A DNA stretch of 64,000 nt, taken from positions 160,001 through 224,000 of the forward strand of contig CAVYSY010000001.1 of the NCBI GenBank assembly GCA_963771175.1, in the 5' to 3' direction. Position 1 is the first letter of the stretch; each line of letters begins with the position of its first letter. A program made the translations under genes and the position numbers. Source of the stretch: an uncultured delta proteobacterium. GTDB lineage: Bacteria; Myxococcota; Myxococcia; Myxococcales; Myxococcaceae. The notes under the pieces were generated by a model. That model saw nothing but the letters and a program-made list of their open reading frames with translations, was not told where the DNA came from and did no database searches. Shown here one piece after another: positions 49,142 to 63,257 of this stretch.

Positions 49142-49334
49142 GAAAGGCGCTGAGAGGGGTCAATGTCTCCATGGAGAGCCGCGCTCCGCGTCACGGCTTC
49201 GCGGGGCTCCACCAACGCTCATGACGCAGCCGCGGCTTCGCCAGGCGAGTGATGGCTACCTGCTGATTCGCTCGCGGGCGGTGAGGCGCACGGTGACGCC
49301 GCCGGCGCGGATGGCCTCGCCCTGCGTGAGCCTC

Positions 49335-49439
49335 CTAAGCGGGTTTGCGCCCGACGAGCTGCACCACGGCGGCCTGGCCCGTGTGCAGGGAGCCCTCGCG
49401 CACCTCGCGCGTCAGCTCACGCAGCACGCGTCGAAGGCC
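49335..49439 (-). pseudogene. C-terminal fragment of a class I SAM-dependent methyltransferase
   Basis: Manual translation GLRRVLRELTREVREGSLHTGQAAVVQLVGRKPA*; no upstream portion. Confidence 0.4.
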
Positions 49440-50276
49440 TCACTGCGCGTGAGGCGATGCGGAGACCGCGGGCGTCGCGTACTCACCGCCCAGCTGCGTC
49501 AGCGCATCCCGGTTCTTGTAGAGGATGAAGACGCCCATCACCACGAGGAAGGCCGAGAAGGCACGCTTGAGGGCCGCCTGCGACACATAGTGGGACGCCC
49601 AGGTGCCGGCGAAAATCCCGGCCACCGCGATGGCCGTGAAGATCCCCAGGTAGCTCCAGGGCACCTCGACGTGGCCGAGGTAGCCGGCGAAGCCCACGAA
49701 GGAGTTGAGGGCAATGACGAGCAGGCTGGTGCCCACCGCCTGCTTCATCGGCAGTCCCACCAGGAGCACCAGCGCCGGGACGATGAGGAAGCCGCCGCCC
49801 ACCCCGACCAGTCCCGTGAGGCCGCCCACACCCAGAGCGGCCGCGGCCATCACCGGGAAGGAGGCCTTGTGCGGCTCGGGCACGTGTGCGTCCTCCTTCC
49901 GCGCCGCCAGTGCGGCCTCCTTGCGGCCATTGCGGAACATGAAGAAGGCGGCCACGAGCATCACCGCGGCGAAGAGCAGGAGCTGCGCGGCGCCCGAGAT
50001 GAAGACGGACAGGCGCGCCCCGGCGTACGTGCCCGCCATCGCCACCGTTCCGAAGATCAGGGCCGCCCGGAACTGGAGATTGCCCTTGCGCCAGTGGCCC
50101 ATGGCACCAAAGAGGCTGGTAACCCCCACCACCGCCAGTCCCATGGCGATGGACTCCTTGGCTCCGAAGCCCAGGACGTACACGAGGATGGGGACGGTGA
50201 GGATGGAGCCGCCGCCGCCGAGAAGACCGAGCGACAGTCCAATGAGAGCCGCGAGGGAGAAGCCGAGGAATGGCAT
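49440..50276 (-). CDS. Sulfite exporter TauE/SafE family
   Basis: GLLGGGGSILTVP and GLVGVGGGFLIVP repeats. Confidence 0.93.
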   Translation of the reverse strand: MPFLGFSLAALIGLSLGLLGGGGSILTVPILVYVLGFGAKESIAMGLAVVGVTSLFGAMGHWRKGNLQFRAALIFGTVAMAGTYAGARLSVFISGAAQLLLFAAVMLVAAFFMFRNGRKEAALAARKEDAHVPEPHKASFPVMAAAALGVGGLTGLVGVGGGFLIVPALVLLVGLPMKQAVGTSLLVIALNSFVGFAGYLGHVEVPWSYLGIFTAIAVAGIFAGTWASHYVSQAALKRAFSAFLVVMGVFILYKNRDALTQLGGEYATPAVSASPHAQ

Positions 50277-50303
50277 GGTATCCGTTCTTGTCCGAGCGCG
50301 CGC

Positions 50304-50630
50304 TCAGCCCTGGGGACGGGCGGCGGGCGTCTCGTTCACGGCGAGCATTCCGCCCGCCAGGTTGTAGAGGTGTTTGAAGCCACGCAGGGCGAGTGCCTGC
50401 GCGGCCCTCGCGGAGCGTGCGCCCGAGCGGCAGATGAGCAGTAGCGGCACCTCGCGTGGCCAGGAGGCGGAGGCCGCCTCCAGCGTGCCCAGCGGGACGA
50501 GCTCCGACCCGGGCAGGTGGCCCAGGGGACCGGTGAATTCATCCTGCTCGCGCACGTCGATGCGCCGCACTTCGGGGCCGAGCGCATCGAGCTGGGCGGG
50601 GGTGATGTCCTGGTAGGGTTGAGAAGTCAT
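50304..50630 (-). CDS. Single-domain rhodanese (sulfurtransferase)
   Basis: IDVRE..EF, GHLPG, CRSGARS, NLAGGM. Confidence 0.93.
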   Translation of the reverse strand: MTSQPYQDITPAQLDALGPEVRRIDVREQDEFTGPLGHLPGSELVPLGTLEAASASWPREVPLLLICRSGARSARAAQALALRGFKHLYNLAGGMLAVNETPAARPQG

Positions 50631-50660
50631 GGTCGGGCCTCCTGGGTGAGGGTAGGGGGC

Positions 50661-50819
50661 TCAGGCCCCTTGCTGTGAGGGCGCCGTGTGCCCGCAGGCG
50701 CGGTTGGCCGGGACGGCGATGTCGAGCTTCTTGGGCTTGGGCAGGTTGAGGTTCTCCATGATGTGGATGAACTCCTCACGGCTCTTGCCGGCCAGGCGCG
50801 GGTTGTGCCGCTTCTCGAG
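50661..50819 (-). pseudogene. C-terminal remnant of ETHE1-like persulfide dioxygenase (MBL fold)
   Basis: Manual translation [43 protein letters not shown]...*; directly preceded by AGGAG with no start codon or HxHxDH region. Confidence 0.75.
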
Positions 50820-50833
50820 GACTCCTGCCCGTG

Positions 50834-50860
50834 AGAGCCCGGGTCGGGGAAAAGGATTCA
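50834..50860 (-). promoter_or_regulatory. Putative ECF sigma promoter TGAATCCTTTTC-N9-GGCTCT (leftward)
   Basis: Same motif as 51041-51067, in opposite orientation. Confidence 0.65.
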
Positions 50861-51040
50861 GGACGATCGCCTCCCTCCGGAATCCGCGCGGAAGCAGGCG
50901 CTTCCTCCTCTCTCCGGTATGGGGGCGGCCTGCTCCTGCCTTCCTCGGACTCTGGATTTCAGGGCGGCCCGAAGGAGCCCGGGTGCTGAGCAGGTGATGC
51001 GGCGAGACTGCCCTGCGCGTATGCTCCGTGAAATCCCTCG

Positions 51041-51067
51041 TGAATCCTTTTCTGAGAGTCTGGCTCT
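51041..51067 (+). promoter_or_regulatory. Putative ECF sigma promoter TGAATCCTTTTC-N9-GGCTCT (rightward)
   Basis: Ends 8 nt before the YeeE ATG at 51076. Confidence 0.65.
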
Positions 51068-51075
51068 AGCAAGAC

Positions 51076-51501
51076 ATGAATTCTTCCATCCTCTTTCCTC
51101 TCCTGGGCGGGGCGCTCATCGGGTTGAGCGCCTCGCTCCTCCTCCTGGCCAATGGCCGGGTGGCTGGCATCAGCGGTGTGGTGGGCTCGCTGCTGGCCCC
51201 CGTGCGCGGCGACATCGCCTGGCGCGCGCTCTTCTTGGGGGGACTGCTCACCGGCGGCCTGTTGCTGGTGTGGCTGCGCCCCGTGTCCTTCTCGGCCCCG
51301 GCGCCCTTGAGCGCGGGCGGGGTCGGGCTGCTGGTGGCGTCCGGGTTGCTGGTGGGCTTCGGCTCGCGGCTGGGCAACGGCTGCACCAGCGGGCATGGCG
51401 TCTGCGGCATCAGCCGTGGCTCCGTCCGCTCCATCGCGGCCACCGTCACCTTCATGGCCACCGGTGCCCTCACCGTCTTCCTGGCCCGCCACGTCTTCTA
51501 A
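51076..51501 (+). CDS. YeeE/YedE sulfur-compound transporter subunit
   Basis: [20 protein letters not shown]. Confidence 0.92.
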   Translation: MNSSILFPLLGGALIGLSASLLLLANGRVAGISGVVGSLLAPVRGDIAWRALFLGGLLTGGLLLVWLRPVSFSAPAPLSAGGVGLLVASGLLVGFGSRLGNGCTSGHGVCGISRGSVRSIAATVTFMATGALTVFLARHVF

Positions 51502-51514
51502 CGGGAGTTCCCCA

Positions 51515-51976
51515 ATGCGTTCCTTCATCAGCGCGTTTCTCAGCGGCCTCATCTTCGCCATCGGCCTGGGCCTCAGCGGCATGACGGATCCGGCCAACGT
51601 CGTCGGCTTCCTCGACATCGCCGGCAACTGGGACTTCCGGCTCGCGTTCGTGATGGGCGGTGCCATCGCCGTGCACGCGGCGCTGCGGCCCCTCATCCTC
51701 AAGCGGGAGCGGCCCCTGTTCTCCGCGAAGTTCCCCTCCTTCCCCGTCAGCAAGTTGGACCCGAAGCTCCTCGTGGGCGCGGCCCTCTTCGGCGCGGGCT
51801 GGGGACTCGGCGGCTATTGCCCCGGCCCCGCTCTCACCTCACTCGCCAGCGGCGCGCCCCAGTTGCTCGTCTTCGTGCCCGCCATGTTCGCCGGCATGTA
51901 CCTCGCCCAGGTGTTCCAGGCGCGGCGCGATGCGAGCGCGCGGACTTCGAGCCTGGGCGCGATGCCCTCGCCGTAG
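51515..51976 (+). CDS. YeeE/YedE partner subunit (DUF6691-like)
   Basis: [22 protein letters not shown]. Confidence 0.9.
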   Translation: MRSFISAFLSGLIFAIGLGLSGMTDPANVVGFLDIAGNWDFRLAFVMGGAIAVHAALRPLILKRERPLFSAKFPSFPVSKLDPKLLVGAALFGAGWGLGGYCPGPALTSLASGAPQLLVFVPAMFAGMYLAQVFQARRDASARTSSLGAMPSP

Positions 51977-52177
51977 TACCGGCCTTCCGGATCGCCGGCC
52001 CCGAGCCGGCGGTCCCGGGATCGCTTCCGTGGGACGTGGACCCAGCTGTCCATATGTCCGCCAGCACCGACATCGGGCGCCCAGTATATTTTCCCAGGGT
52101 GGACCGTCAGGAGGCATTCTGGCGACCGAGCGTTCCCCAACAGGGGCGTGACAGGTGAGTGAGGAGGCGACCTGGTA

Positions 52178-52987
52178 ATGGCGAGTCGAACCGATGAGCA
52201 GTTGGTGGAGGCCGTGCGCTCGGGCGAGAACAAGGCCCTGGATGAGCTCCTCGCCCGCCACGAGAAGCAGGTGTACCGCTTTGGCCTGCGCATGTGTGGC
52301 TCGGAAGAGGACGCCAAGGAGGTACTCCAGGAGACGCTGATCGCGGCGTTCCGCGGCATCCACGCGTTCCGGGGCGACGCGGAGCTGTCCACGTGGCTGT
52401 ACCAGGTGGCCCGCACGCACTGTTTCCGCTTGCGTCGCCGGCGCGTCGGAGCGCCCGAGGAGTTCCATCCACTCGACTCTCCCGCGGCAACCCACGTTGC
52501 CTCGGCGGAGGCGACCCCGGACATGGCCTCCCAGGCGCGGCAGATGGGGGAGGTCTTACAGGCGGCCATCCTCGCGCTGCCGGAGGCCTACCGCGAGGTG
52601 CTCATCCTCCGGGATGTGGAGGGTCTCTCGGCCGAGGAGGCGGCGCAGGTGGTGGGGATCGAGGTGGGGGCGCTCAAGAGCCGACTGCACCGCGCGCGCC
52701 TCCAGTTGCGCGAGCACCTCTCCACCCTCATGGGGGAGGGCGCCCAGGGCGAGGCCCAGTCGTGCCCGGAGCTGGCGCAGGAGCTCTCGGAGTTCGCCGC
52801 GCAGGAGGTGGATCAGTCCACCTGTGTGCGCCTCGAGGACCATCTGTCGCGCTGCCCGCGCTGTGCCCAGGCGTGCGACTCGCTCAAGCGCACGGTGTCC
52901 CTGTGCCGGCGTATCCCCGGGGATGAGGTACCCGCGGCGGTGCGCGCGGCGGTGCGCCAGGCGCTGTCACGAGCGTTGCCTGCCTGA
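52178..52987 (+). CDS. ECF sigma factor with fused C-terminal zinc-finger (ZAS-like) domain
   Basis: Sigma2 DAKEVLQET..STWLYQVA; sigma4 LILRDVEGLS..KSRLHRAR; C-terminal C...C..HLSRCPRC...C. Confidence 0.9.
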   Translation: MASRTDEQLVEAVRSGENKALDELLARHEKQVYRFGLRMCGSEEDAKEVLQETLIAAFRGIHAFRGDAELSTWLYQVARTHCFRLRRRRVGAPEEFHPLDSPAATHVASAEATPDMASQARQMGEVLQAAILALPEAYREVLILRDVEGLSAEEAAQVVGIEVGALKSRLHRARLQLREHLSTLMGEGAQGEAQSCPELAQELSEFAAQEVDQSTCVRLEDHLSRCPRCAQACDSLKRTVSLCRRIPGDEVPAAVRAAVRQALSRALPA

Positions 52988-53138
52988 GTCGTGGGCGCCG
53001 CAAAGGCTGCGTGCCTGCTGACCGTGCCGCAAGGCTTGCGTTCCTCGGGGCCGTTTCCCGGTGGATTTCAGGTGGCGTGCTTCTTGCCCCGAGAAGGTTC
53101 CATCGACGGCCTCCGTCACGGTGTAGAGGGTTGTCATC

Positions 53139-53966
53139 ATGTCCCACCTTCGCAGGACGTTCCTCGTCGTCCTCTTGCTCCTCCTGGCGGCTCCCGCCGG
53201 GGCGGTGGAGCCCGGCAGTCCCCTCGGTATCCAGCCGCCACCCAAACCCCGCCCGGTGGCCACCCCGCCCGCGCCCCGGTCCGTCGAGCTGTCCCGTTTC
53301 CTCGAATCGCCCGGGCGCGAGGAGGCCTCGCTCCGACTGTGGCTGCGCTTCAATCGGGAGGCGCACGGCCTCGAGCTGGGCGTCCGGGACTTCCTCGATA
53401 CGCTGGGGCGCCTCGCCGCACAGGTGCCCGCGGGGGTCGTCCTCGCCCATGAGCACGTGCAGCTCGACGCCGAGTTGCTCGCCGCGGAACAGGAACTGGT
53501 GACCCTGGAGGAGGCGCGGAGGCTGCTGCTCGAGGAGCTCGGCCGGAGCGACCCGGACAACGCCATCCTCGAAGGGGAGCTGCCGCCCCCCTGGTCCCCG
53601 GATGGGATGCTCGACCGGGATGCCCTGGTGGGGCTCGGCTTCGCGCGCTCGGGCAAGGCCGGGCCGCTCGGACCAACCGTGGAGAGGCTGCTCGCCCGCC
53701 TGGGCTCGCTGGACCGGCGCCTGGCCTCGATGGAGGTGCTCCTGCTGCCCGCTGCGGAGGAGGCCCTGGGGGCGACGCTCCTCGCGCTCTCCTCGGGCGA
53801 GGCGAGCATCCTGGAGGTCGTCAACGGCCTGCGGTTCCTCAAGCAGCAGCAGCGGGCCCGGCTGGAGCTGCGCACGCAGCGGGAGCTCCTCCTATTGGAA
53901 CTCGCCCGTCAGCTCGGCTGCACGGTGGAGCAGCTTCCCTGGTCCTCGGCTACCCCTCAGGGTTGA
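53139..53966 (+). CDS. Secreted helical hypothetical protein (resembles part of a TolC-type efflux protein)
   Basis: Signal peptide; [13 protein letters not shown] helix. Confidence 0.55.
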   Translation: MSHLRRTFLVVLLLLLAAPAGAVEPGSPLGIQPPPKPRPVATPPAPRSVELSRFLESPGREEASLRLWLRFNREAHGLELGVRDFLDTLGRLAAQVPAGVVLAHEHVQLDAELLAAEQELVTLEEARRLLLEELGRSDPDNAILEGELPPPWSPDGMLDRDALVGLGFARSGKAGPLGPTVERLLARLGSLDRRLASMEVLLLPAAEEALGATLLALSSGEASILEVVNGLRFLKQQQRARLELRTQRELLLLELARQLGCTVEQLPWSSATPQG

Positions 53967-54039
53967 GTTGCGGGCAGAAGAGGAGAGAAAACCCCTCTGC
54001 TGTCCGACGCTGGCCGCGCTAAGAAGATCCATCGCACTC

Positions 54040-55206
54040 ATGGCGGAGACCTTGTTCGAAGAATTGAAGAGATACGTGGACTTCGGGCCGGAGGACGAGC
54101 AAGCGCTTCGTTCCCTGCACGAGGTATCCCAACAGCACTTCACCGAGATCGCGCACGTCTTCTACACGCGCATCCTGGAGCACGAGGGCGCGCGCAGCGC
54201 GCTGGCGGGCGAGAGCCAGGTGGGCCATCTCAAGGTCACGCTGCAGGCCTGGATGGAGCAGCTCCTGCGCGGACCCTGGGATGAGGCCTACTACCAGCTC
54301 CGCTGCCGCATCGGCCGCATGCACGTCCGCATCGCGTTGCCCCAGCACTACATGTTCGGCGCGATGAACACCCTGCGGCAGGAGTTCAACCGCATCATCG
54401 ACGAGCACTACGCCGACAATCCCACGGCGCTGCGAGCCACGCGGGTGGCCCTCGGGAAGCTCCTCGATCTCGAGCTGGCCATCATGCTGCACACCTACCG
54501 GGAGGATCTGCTCGCCCAGCAGGCGCGCAGCGAGCGGTTGTCCACCTTCGGGCAGCTCGTGGGCTCCATCGGGCACGAGCTGCGCAACCCGCTGGGGGTC
54601 ATCGAGACGTCGCTCTTCATCCTCAAGGGGCGGCCCCTGGCCACCGACGAGCGCGCCACCAAGCACCTGGATCGCATCGGCGAGCAGGTGGTGCTGGCCA
54701 ACCGCATCGTCACGGACCTGCTGGACATGATCCGGGATCGCCCGCTCAAGCGTGAGCCCCTGCGGCTGGAGGAGGTGTGGAAGGACGCGCTCACCTCGGT
54801 GCAGTCGCCCGAGGGCGTGTCCATCCGCGCCGAGGGCCTGGCCGAGCTCCCCACGCTGCAGGGCGATCCCGGGCAGATGCGCCAGGTCTTCGTCAACCTG
54901 CTGGAGAACGCCGTCCACGCCGTGGGCGAGAAGGGCACGGTGTCCCTGGTGGCATCGACGGGTCCGCGCATGGTGGAGCTGGTGCTGGAGGACTCGGGGC
55001 CCGGGGTCAATGACTCCATCCGGCGCCGGCTCTTCGAGCCGCTGATGTCCACCAAGGCGCGCGGCATCGGCCTGGGCCTGCCTCTCGTCAAGCGCATCCT
55101 CGAGCGCCATGGCGGCTCCATCACCTACGAGCCCCACGAGGGCAGCGGCGCGCGTTTCGTCATGAGACTTCCCGTGTCTCCCCCCTCCACGGAGGCCACG
55201 GTATGA
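54040..55206 (+). CDS. nmpU: Protoglobin-sensor histidine kinase (NmpU-like)
   Basis: Globin [12 protein letters not shown]-box [25 protein letters not shown]. Confidence 0.85.
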   Translation: MAETLFEELKRYVDFGPEDEQALRSLHEVSQQHFTEIAHVFYTRILEHEGARSALAGESQVGHLKVTLQAWMEQLLRGPWDEAYYQLRCRIGRMHVRIALPQHYMFGAMNTLRQEFNRIIDEHYADNPTALRATRVALGKLLDLELAIMLHTYREDLLAQQARSERLSTFGQLVGSIGHELRNPLGVIETSLFILKGRPLATDERATKHLDRIGEQVVLANRIVTDLLDMIRDRPLKREPLRLEEVWKDALTSVQSPEGVSIRAEGLAELPTLQGDPGQMRQVFVNLLENAVHAVGEKGTVSLVASTGPRMVELVLEDSGPGVNDSIRRRLFEPLMSTKARGIGLGLPLVKRILERHGGSITYEPHEGSGARFVMRLPVSPPSTEATV

Positions 55207-55919
55207 GGAACTACCTGCTGCTCGATGACAACGAGGCCTTCGCCGAGAACCTGGCGGAGATCCTCCGCGATTGCGGCGACGAGGCCACGGTGGTGACGGA
55301 CGGGGCGCGGGCGCTGGAGCTGGCGCGCTCGACGCGTTTCGATGTGCTCCTCACCGACATGAAGATGCCCGGCATGAGCGGGGCCGCGGCGGTCCACCAC
55401 ATCCGCAAGGTGGACCCGGGGCTCGCCGCCGTCGTCATCACCGCCTACCCCGGCGAGGACGATCTGGAGACGGCCCGGCGCGAGGGGCTGCTCGCGGTGC
55501 TGCCCAAACCCGTGCCCATTCCCACGCTCGTCTCGCTGTTGTCCGGGGCGCGCCGGGACGGGCTGGTGGCGCTCGTCGACGACGATCTGTTCCTCTGCGA
55601 CAACCTCACCGAGGTGCTGCGCGCCCGCGGCTTCTCGTGTGTCACCGCGAGCTCGGTGCTGGATGCCGACCAGCTCGCCACGGTGCGGCCCTTCGCCGCG
55701 CTGGTGGATCTGAGGTTGCCGGGCGGGCCGGATGGCGAGGCCCTGCGCCGGCTGCGGGCGCGCTTCCCGGAGCTGCCGGTGTTCGTGATGACGGCCTTCC
55801 CGGAGGCGGTATGCCCCATGCCCGAGCACGCGGGCATCTTCTCCAAACCCTTTGACACGGAGAGGTTGCTGGAGGCGCTGGAGCGCGCTCACGCCTCGTG
55901 CCGGGAGCGGGCGGCATGA
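55203..55919 (+). CDS. nmpT: Double receiver-domain response regulator (NmpT-like)
   Basis: Two REC domains (LLDDN..DMKMPG..KP; LVDDD..DLRLPG..KP). Confidence 0.82.
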   Translation: MRNYLLLDDNEAFAENLAEILRDCGDEATVVTDGARALELARSTRFDVLLTDMKMPGMSGAAAVHHIRKVDPGLAAVVITAYPGEDDLETARREGLLAVLPKPVPIPTLVSLLSGARRDGLVALVDDDLFLCDNLTEVLRARGFSCVTASSVLDADQLATVRPFAALVDLRLPGGPDGEALRRLRARFPELPVFVMTAFPEAVCPMPEHAGIFSKPFDTERLLEALERAHASCRERAA

Positions 55920-57022
55920 GCGCTCCCCAACCCAAACCTCCCCGCGTGCTCGTCGTCGACGACAACGCGTCCTTCCTCGACAACCTCCACGAGCTGCTGG
56001 GTGATGCCGGCTACTCGGTGGAGGGTGCGACGAGCTGCCGTCAGGCCCGCGAGCGCGCCGGGGGTGGTTTCGACGTGGCCCTGGTGGACCTGCGGCTGCC
56101 GGACGGGGAAGGGACGGCACTCGCCCGCGAGCTGAAGGAGAGGGTGCCCGAGTCCGAGGTGGTGCTGCTCACCGGCTTCGCCACGCTGGAGACGGCCGTG
56201 GAGGCGGTGCGCGCGGGGGCCTGCGCCTACCTGATGAAGCCCTGCGCTCCCAATGAGCTGCTCCTCACGCTGGAGCAGGCCATGCGCCAGGTGCGCCTGC
56301 AGGCCGAGAAGCGCGAGCTGGCGCGCCGGGCCCAGGTGACGGAGAAGCTCGCCGCGGTGGGCACCATGACGGCGGGGCTCTCGCACGAAATCCGCAACCC
56401 GCTCAACGCGGCGGCCCTGCAGCTCTCGGTGCTGGAGCGGCGGGTGCGGCGGCTCTCGGAGGAGCTGCAGCCCAACCTGCTGGATCCCCTGCTGCTGGTG
56501 CGCGATGAGATCCGCCGGTTGGATCACATCCTCGAGGACTTCCTCCAGTTCGCTCGCCCGCGCGAGTTCCGCCCGGAGTCGTTGGAGGTGAGGACGCTGC
56601 TGCGGCGGGTGGTGGATCTGCTGGGAAATCAGGCGGACGCGCGCCGGGTGCGGCTGGAGCTGGACGGGGACGGGGGCGCGCAGGTGCCTGCCATCTGGGG
56701 CGAGGAGGAGCGGCTGCGCCAGGTGCTCATCAACCTGACCCTCAACGCGCTCGAGGCCACGCCGGTTGGCGGGCTCGTGCGCGTCGCCGCGGGCCGTGAG
56801 GGCGACATGGCGTGGATCACCGTGGACGACACGGGCCCGGGCGTTCCCCCGGAGGTTCGCGATCGGCTCTTCGAGCCCTTCTTCACCACCAAGGCCCAGG
56901 GCTCGGGCCTGGGTCTGTCCATCGTGCATGCCATCGTGACGCAGCACGGGGGCACGCTGGAGGTGGGCAGCTCGCCCGAGGGCGGGGCGCGGTTCTTCCT
57001 GCGCCTGCCCCTGGCCCGCTGA
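55916..57022 (+). CDS. nmpS: Hybrid REC-HisKA-HATPase kinase (NmpS-like)
   Basis: N-terminal REC, SHEIRNPL, FFTTK, GSGLGL. Confidence 0.85.
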   Translation: MSAPQPKPPRVLVVDDNASFLDNLHELLGDAGYSVEGATSCRQARERAGGGFDVALVDLRLPDGEGTALARELKERVPESEVVLLTGFATLETAVEAVRAGACAYLMKPCAPNELLLTLEQAMRQVRLQAEKRELARRAQVTEKLAAVGTMTAGLSHEIRNPLNAAALQLSVLERRVRRLSEELQPNLLDPLLLVRDEIRRLDHILEDFLQFARPREFRPESLEVRTLLRRVVDLLGNQADARRVRLELDGDGGAQVPAIWGEEERLRQVLINLTLNALEATPVGGLVRVAAGREGDMAWITVDDTGPGVPPEVRDRLFEPFFTTKAQGSGLGLSIVHAIVTQHGGTLEVGSSPEGGARFFLRLPLAR

Positions 57023-57023
57023 G

Positions 57024-58451
<1,428 letters not shown>

Positions 58452-58518
58452 GGTCTTCACAACCTAACAAGCAACCGCCCGGGAGGGGGGATTTCCCGAC
58501 CCGCGGTGCGGCCCGACC

Positions 58519-59058
58519 TCATACGCCGCTTTCAGATTCCCAGCCGGCTGCTTGCTCCCCCTCCCGTCGACGCCAGTTCAGGTCGTAGCGGCGGTTCTCC
58601 TCCAACGCGGCCGCGTGCTGCTCGTCCCAGGTGTCGATGAAGGGCTCGATGCGCGGGGTGAGCCGCAGCATGGAGCTGGGGAAGCAGCGCTCGGGCAGCT
58701 CGTCGAAGATGCGCCGGGCTGTTCGGGCCTCCTCCTCTCCTCGCACGGCCACGTGGGGACGGACGATCAGGTCCGTATAGTGGGGCTGGCCGCCTGGGCC
58801 ATCCACCCGGCGTGCTACCGCGGAACTCTGGTAGAAAAGAACCTCCACACCCTGGGCATTCGCCTGCTCCAGGAAGGCCAGCAGGGTTCGCCCTTCCACC
58901 GCCCCCACCAGCAGGGTCTCGGGGTTCCACCGCTCATCCAGGGCGCCCGAGGGCCCACCCAGGGGGAGGGTCGGGGCCCGCTCTCCGGCGAGGAGTGCCC
59001 CGGATTCATTCCGCCACTGGAGCCGCGTCTCGAACTCGGTGATGGGAACGTAGGTCAC
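58519..59058 (-). CDS. OsmC-like protein
   Basis: WNPETLL..A motif; GTG start after GGAGG. Confidence 0.6.
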   Translation of the reverse strand: MTYVPITEFETRLQWRNESGALLAGERAPTLPLGGPSGALDERWNPETLLVGAVEGRTLLAFLEQANAQGVEVLFYQSSAVARRVDGPGGQPHYTDLIVRPHVAVRGEEEARTARRIFDELPERCFPSSMLRLTPRIEPFIDTWDEQHAAALEENRRYDLNWRRREGEQAAGWESESGV

Positions 59059-59179
59059 AGCACACCTCCGGGGTGTCACATCCACGGAGAGACCTTCAAT
59101 GTGCGTGCCGCGGAACCCCAAAGGTGAGGAGTTCCGCCCCTTTACGAGCGATGGGGCAGGGGGCTGGCCGCCCCTCTGC

Positions 59180-60520
59180 TCATTCGGGTCTGACGAGCAG
59201 CACCGGCCGGGTGCTGCTCTGGAGTACTTCCTGCGCCACCGAGCCGGCCAGGGCCTTGGTCAGCCCCGAGCGCCCGTGGGTGGCCAGGCAGATGACATCG
59301 CAGCCGAGCCGCTCCGCCGCCTGGTTGATGGCCTCGGACACCTTGCGGCCGTGGACCACCTCCACCCGGGTGGAGATGCCGCGGACGGCCGCCTCGGGAG
59401 GGATGAGGCCGCGCAGCTCCTCGGCGATGCGCTCCTGCTCGGGCGAGTGGACCACGGAGCTCGGGGGCGAGATGTACTGGGCGTAGAGGGGGGGCGTGCC
59501 ACCCAGGGGCTCCAGGACGTGCAGCAGGTAGACGGTGCCTCCGGCCGGCACCACCGAGTAGGCATGCCGGATGGCGCGGACGCCCACCTCGGAAAGATCC
59601 GTGGGGGCCAGCACCCGGCGCACCACGGGGATGGTGACCGCGGCCACCGCGCTGGAGGGGACGCACAGGACGGAGATGGGGGACTCGTGGGTGACGCGCT
59701 GGGATACCGAGCCGTACCACCACTTGCTCGCCCCGGTGCGTTGGTGGGTCCCCACCACGATGAGGTCCGCCTCCTCCTTGCGCGCGAGCGCCACCAGCGA
59801 GTCCGAGGGCCGACCCAGGCCCGGATCCAGGTGGACCCACACCGCGCCGTTGCCGGGCATGTCACCCAGGCGGGCCGTCAGGTCGCGCCGCAGCGCCTCC
59901 TCCACCTCCGGCGTCACCTCGGACTCGGGGGAGAGGGGGACGCCGTAGCGCACATGCGCGTCCGCGCCCCAGTAGTGGTGGGCGGCCACCACCTCGCAGG
60001 TGCCGAGCGAACGCAGCTTGCGCACCCAGGCCACCGCCGCGTCCGAGGGAGGCGAGAAGTCCAGGCCCAGGAGGATGCGCAGGCTGCGCTCCCCGCGGGC
60101 CCAGGCCTCCAGGGGGCCCGCCGAGCGGATGACGAGCACCGGGCATCGGGCCGCCTGCACCACCCGCTCCGCCACGTTGCCGATGCGCCAGCGCGGCGCC
60201 CGCTGCCCATGGTGGGACACGACGAGGAGCGAGGCGTGAACGAGCGCCGCGTGCTCGACGAGGACCTCGTCCGGAGCGCCCTCCAGCAGGTGGACCTCCA
60301 CCCGGGCGTCCCCGATGCGCAGCTCGGCGGCCTGCGCCTCCAGGCGGGAGGTCAGCTCGCGGCGCAGGGCCTCATCGGTGGCGGTGGTGCGCCCCACGTT
60401 CCCATACTCGGTGATGTGGACCAGGTGGAGTACTTCACCACTCCGGCGGGCGAGCGTCGCCGCCGCTCGCCCGGCCGTCATCGCCCGTTCCGAGAAGTCC
60501 GTTCCGAAGACGATCGACAT
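59180..60520 (-). CDS. Universal stress protein (three USP domains)
   Basis: GTDFS, GLDFS, PTDLS; GSVAQEVL. Confidence 0.92.
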   Translation of the reverse strand: MSIVFGTDFSERAMTAGRAAATLARRSGEVLHLVHITEYGNVGRTTATDEALRRELTSRLEAQAAELRIGDARVEVHLLEGAPDEVLVEHAALVHASLLVVSHHGQRAPRWRIGNVAERVVQAARCPVLVIRSAGPLEAWARGERSLRILLGLDFSPPSDAAVAWVRKLRSLGTCEVVAAHHYWGADAHVRYGVPLSPESEVTPEVEEALRRDLTARLGDMPGNGAVWVHLDPGLGRPSDSLVALARKEEADLIVVGTHQRTGASKWWYGSVSQRVTHESPISVLCVPSSAVAAVTIPVVRRVLAPTDLSEVGVRAIRHAYSVVPAGGTVYLLHVLEPLGGTPPLYAQYISPPSSVVHSPEQERIAEELRGLIPPEAAVRGISTRVEVVHGRKVSEAINQAAERLGCDVICLATHGRSGLTKALAGSVAQEVLQSSTRPVLLVRPE

Positions 60521-60540
60521 GGTGCTCCCCCGTGGACTGC

Positions 60541-60978
60541 TCAGGTCTCGTACTCGGCCGCGAGGCTCCGGCGGTCCAGGTCCTCGATGAGGTGCTGGGC
60601 GAAGCGGACCATGTCCGCCTCGGTGAGGATGCCGAGCAACTCGCCGTCCGCCCCCACCACGGGCAGACAGCCATACTTGTTGTCCAGCATCTGCTTCACC
60701 GCGTCCCGGGTGGGCGTGTCCGAGCGCACCGTCTTCACGTCACGCACCATCACGTCCGAGGCCCACAGCGGCTGCTTCGCCGGATCCGCTCCGCCGCGCT
60801 GCGCCGCGGCCTTCAGCAGGTCCCTATGGGTGACGAGCCCGACGAGCTTCCCATTGCGCACCACCGGCAGGTGACGGATGCGGTGCAGGCGGAGCAGATC
60901 CTCCGCCGCGGCCAGGTTCTGGGTTTCCGTGAGCGTGACCAGATTGCTGCGGGTCATCAGCTCTCCAACGGTCTGCAT
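60541..60978 (-). CDS. CBS-domain protein
   Basis: IRHLPVV..KLVGLVT, GCLPVV..LLGILT. Confidence 0.9.
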   Translation of the reverse strand: MQTVGELMTRSNLVTLTETQNLAAAEDLLRLHRIRHLPVVRNGKLVGLVTHRDLLKAAAQRGGADPAKQPLWASDVMVRDVKTVRSDTPTRDAVKQMLDNKYGCLPVVGADGELLGILTEADMVRFAQHLIEDLDRRSLAAEYET

Positions 60979-61028
60979 ACGTGGCTCCGGTCCTTTGCTT
61001 TGGAAGGGTGTGTCCTGAAAGAAGCTAT

Positions 61029-61044
61029 TGCAGGTTTGGTTCCA
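61029..61044 (-). promoter_or_regulatory. Sigma54 -24/-12 promoter for the CBS-USP-OsmC-nmpR operon
   Basis: TGGAACCAAACCTGCA (GG-N10-GC), about 50 bp upstream of the CBS ATG. Confidence 0.65.
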
Positions 61045-61230
61045 GGGCGTGCTCCCTTTGAAGCTCGCCATGCTGGCAGTCTCACCTCAGGGCCACTCAG
61101 CGCAACGTTTTCATTCACGAAGGGGCCCGCCGCAGATGCTGCGTTGCCCACCCATCTGATTCTTGACGGACAGGGAGCCCTCCAGGCGGTTGAAGCCCGG
61201 TCCCTCGATGGGCTACACCCTCGCCCTGTC

Positions 61231-61319
61231 GCTAGGGGTGCCTCCGAGAGAGGCTGAGACGGCCGTGGAGCGGCCAACCCTTGGAACCTGAACCGGTTAG
61301 GACCGGCGGAGGGAAGCGG
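61231..61319 (+). ncRNA. TPP riboswitch
   Basis: GGGGTGC...GGCTGAGA...AACCC..GAACCTGA.CCGG..A..ACCGGCG.AGGGA, upstream of thiC. Confidence 0.92.
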
Positions 61320-61368
61320 CGAGCGCTCCACGCCTCGCCTGTCCCTCCCGTGGGATGAGGAGGAGTGA

Positions 61369-63257
<1,889 letters not shown>

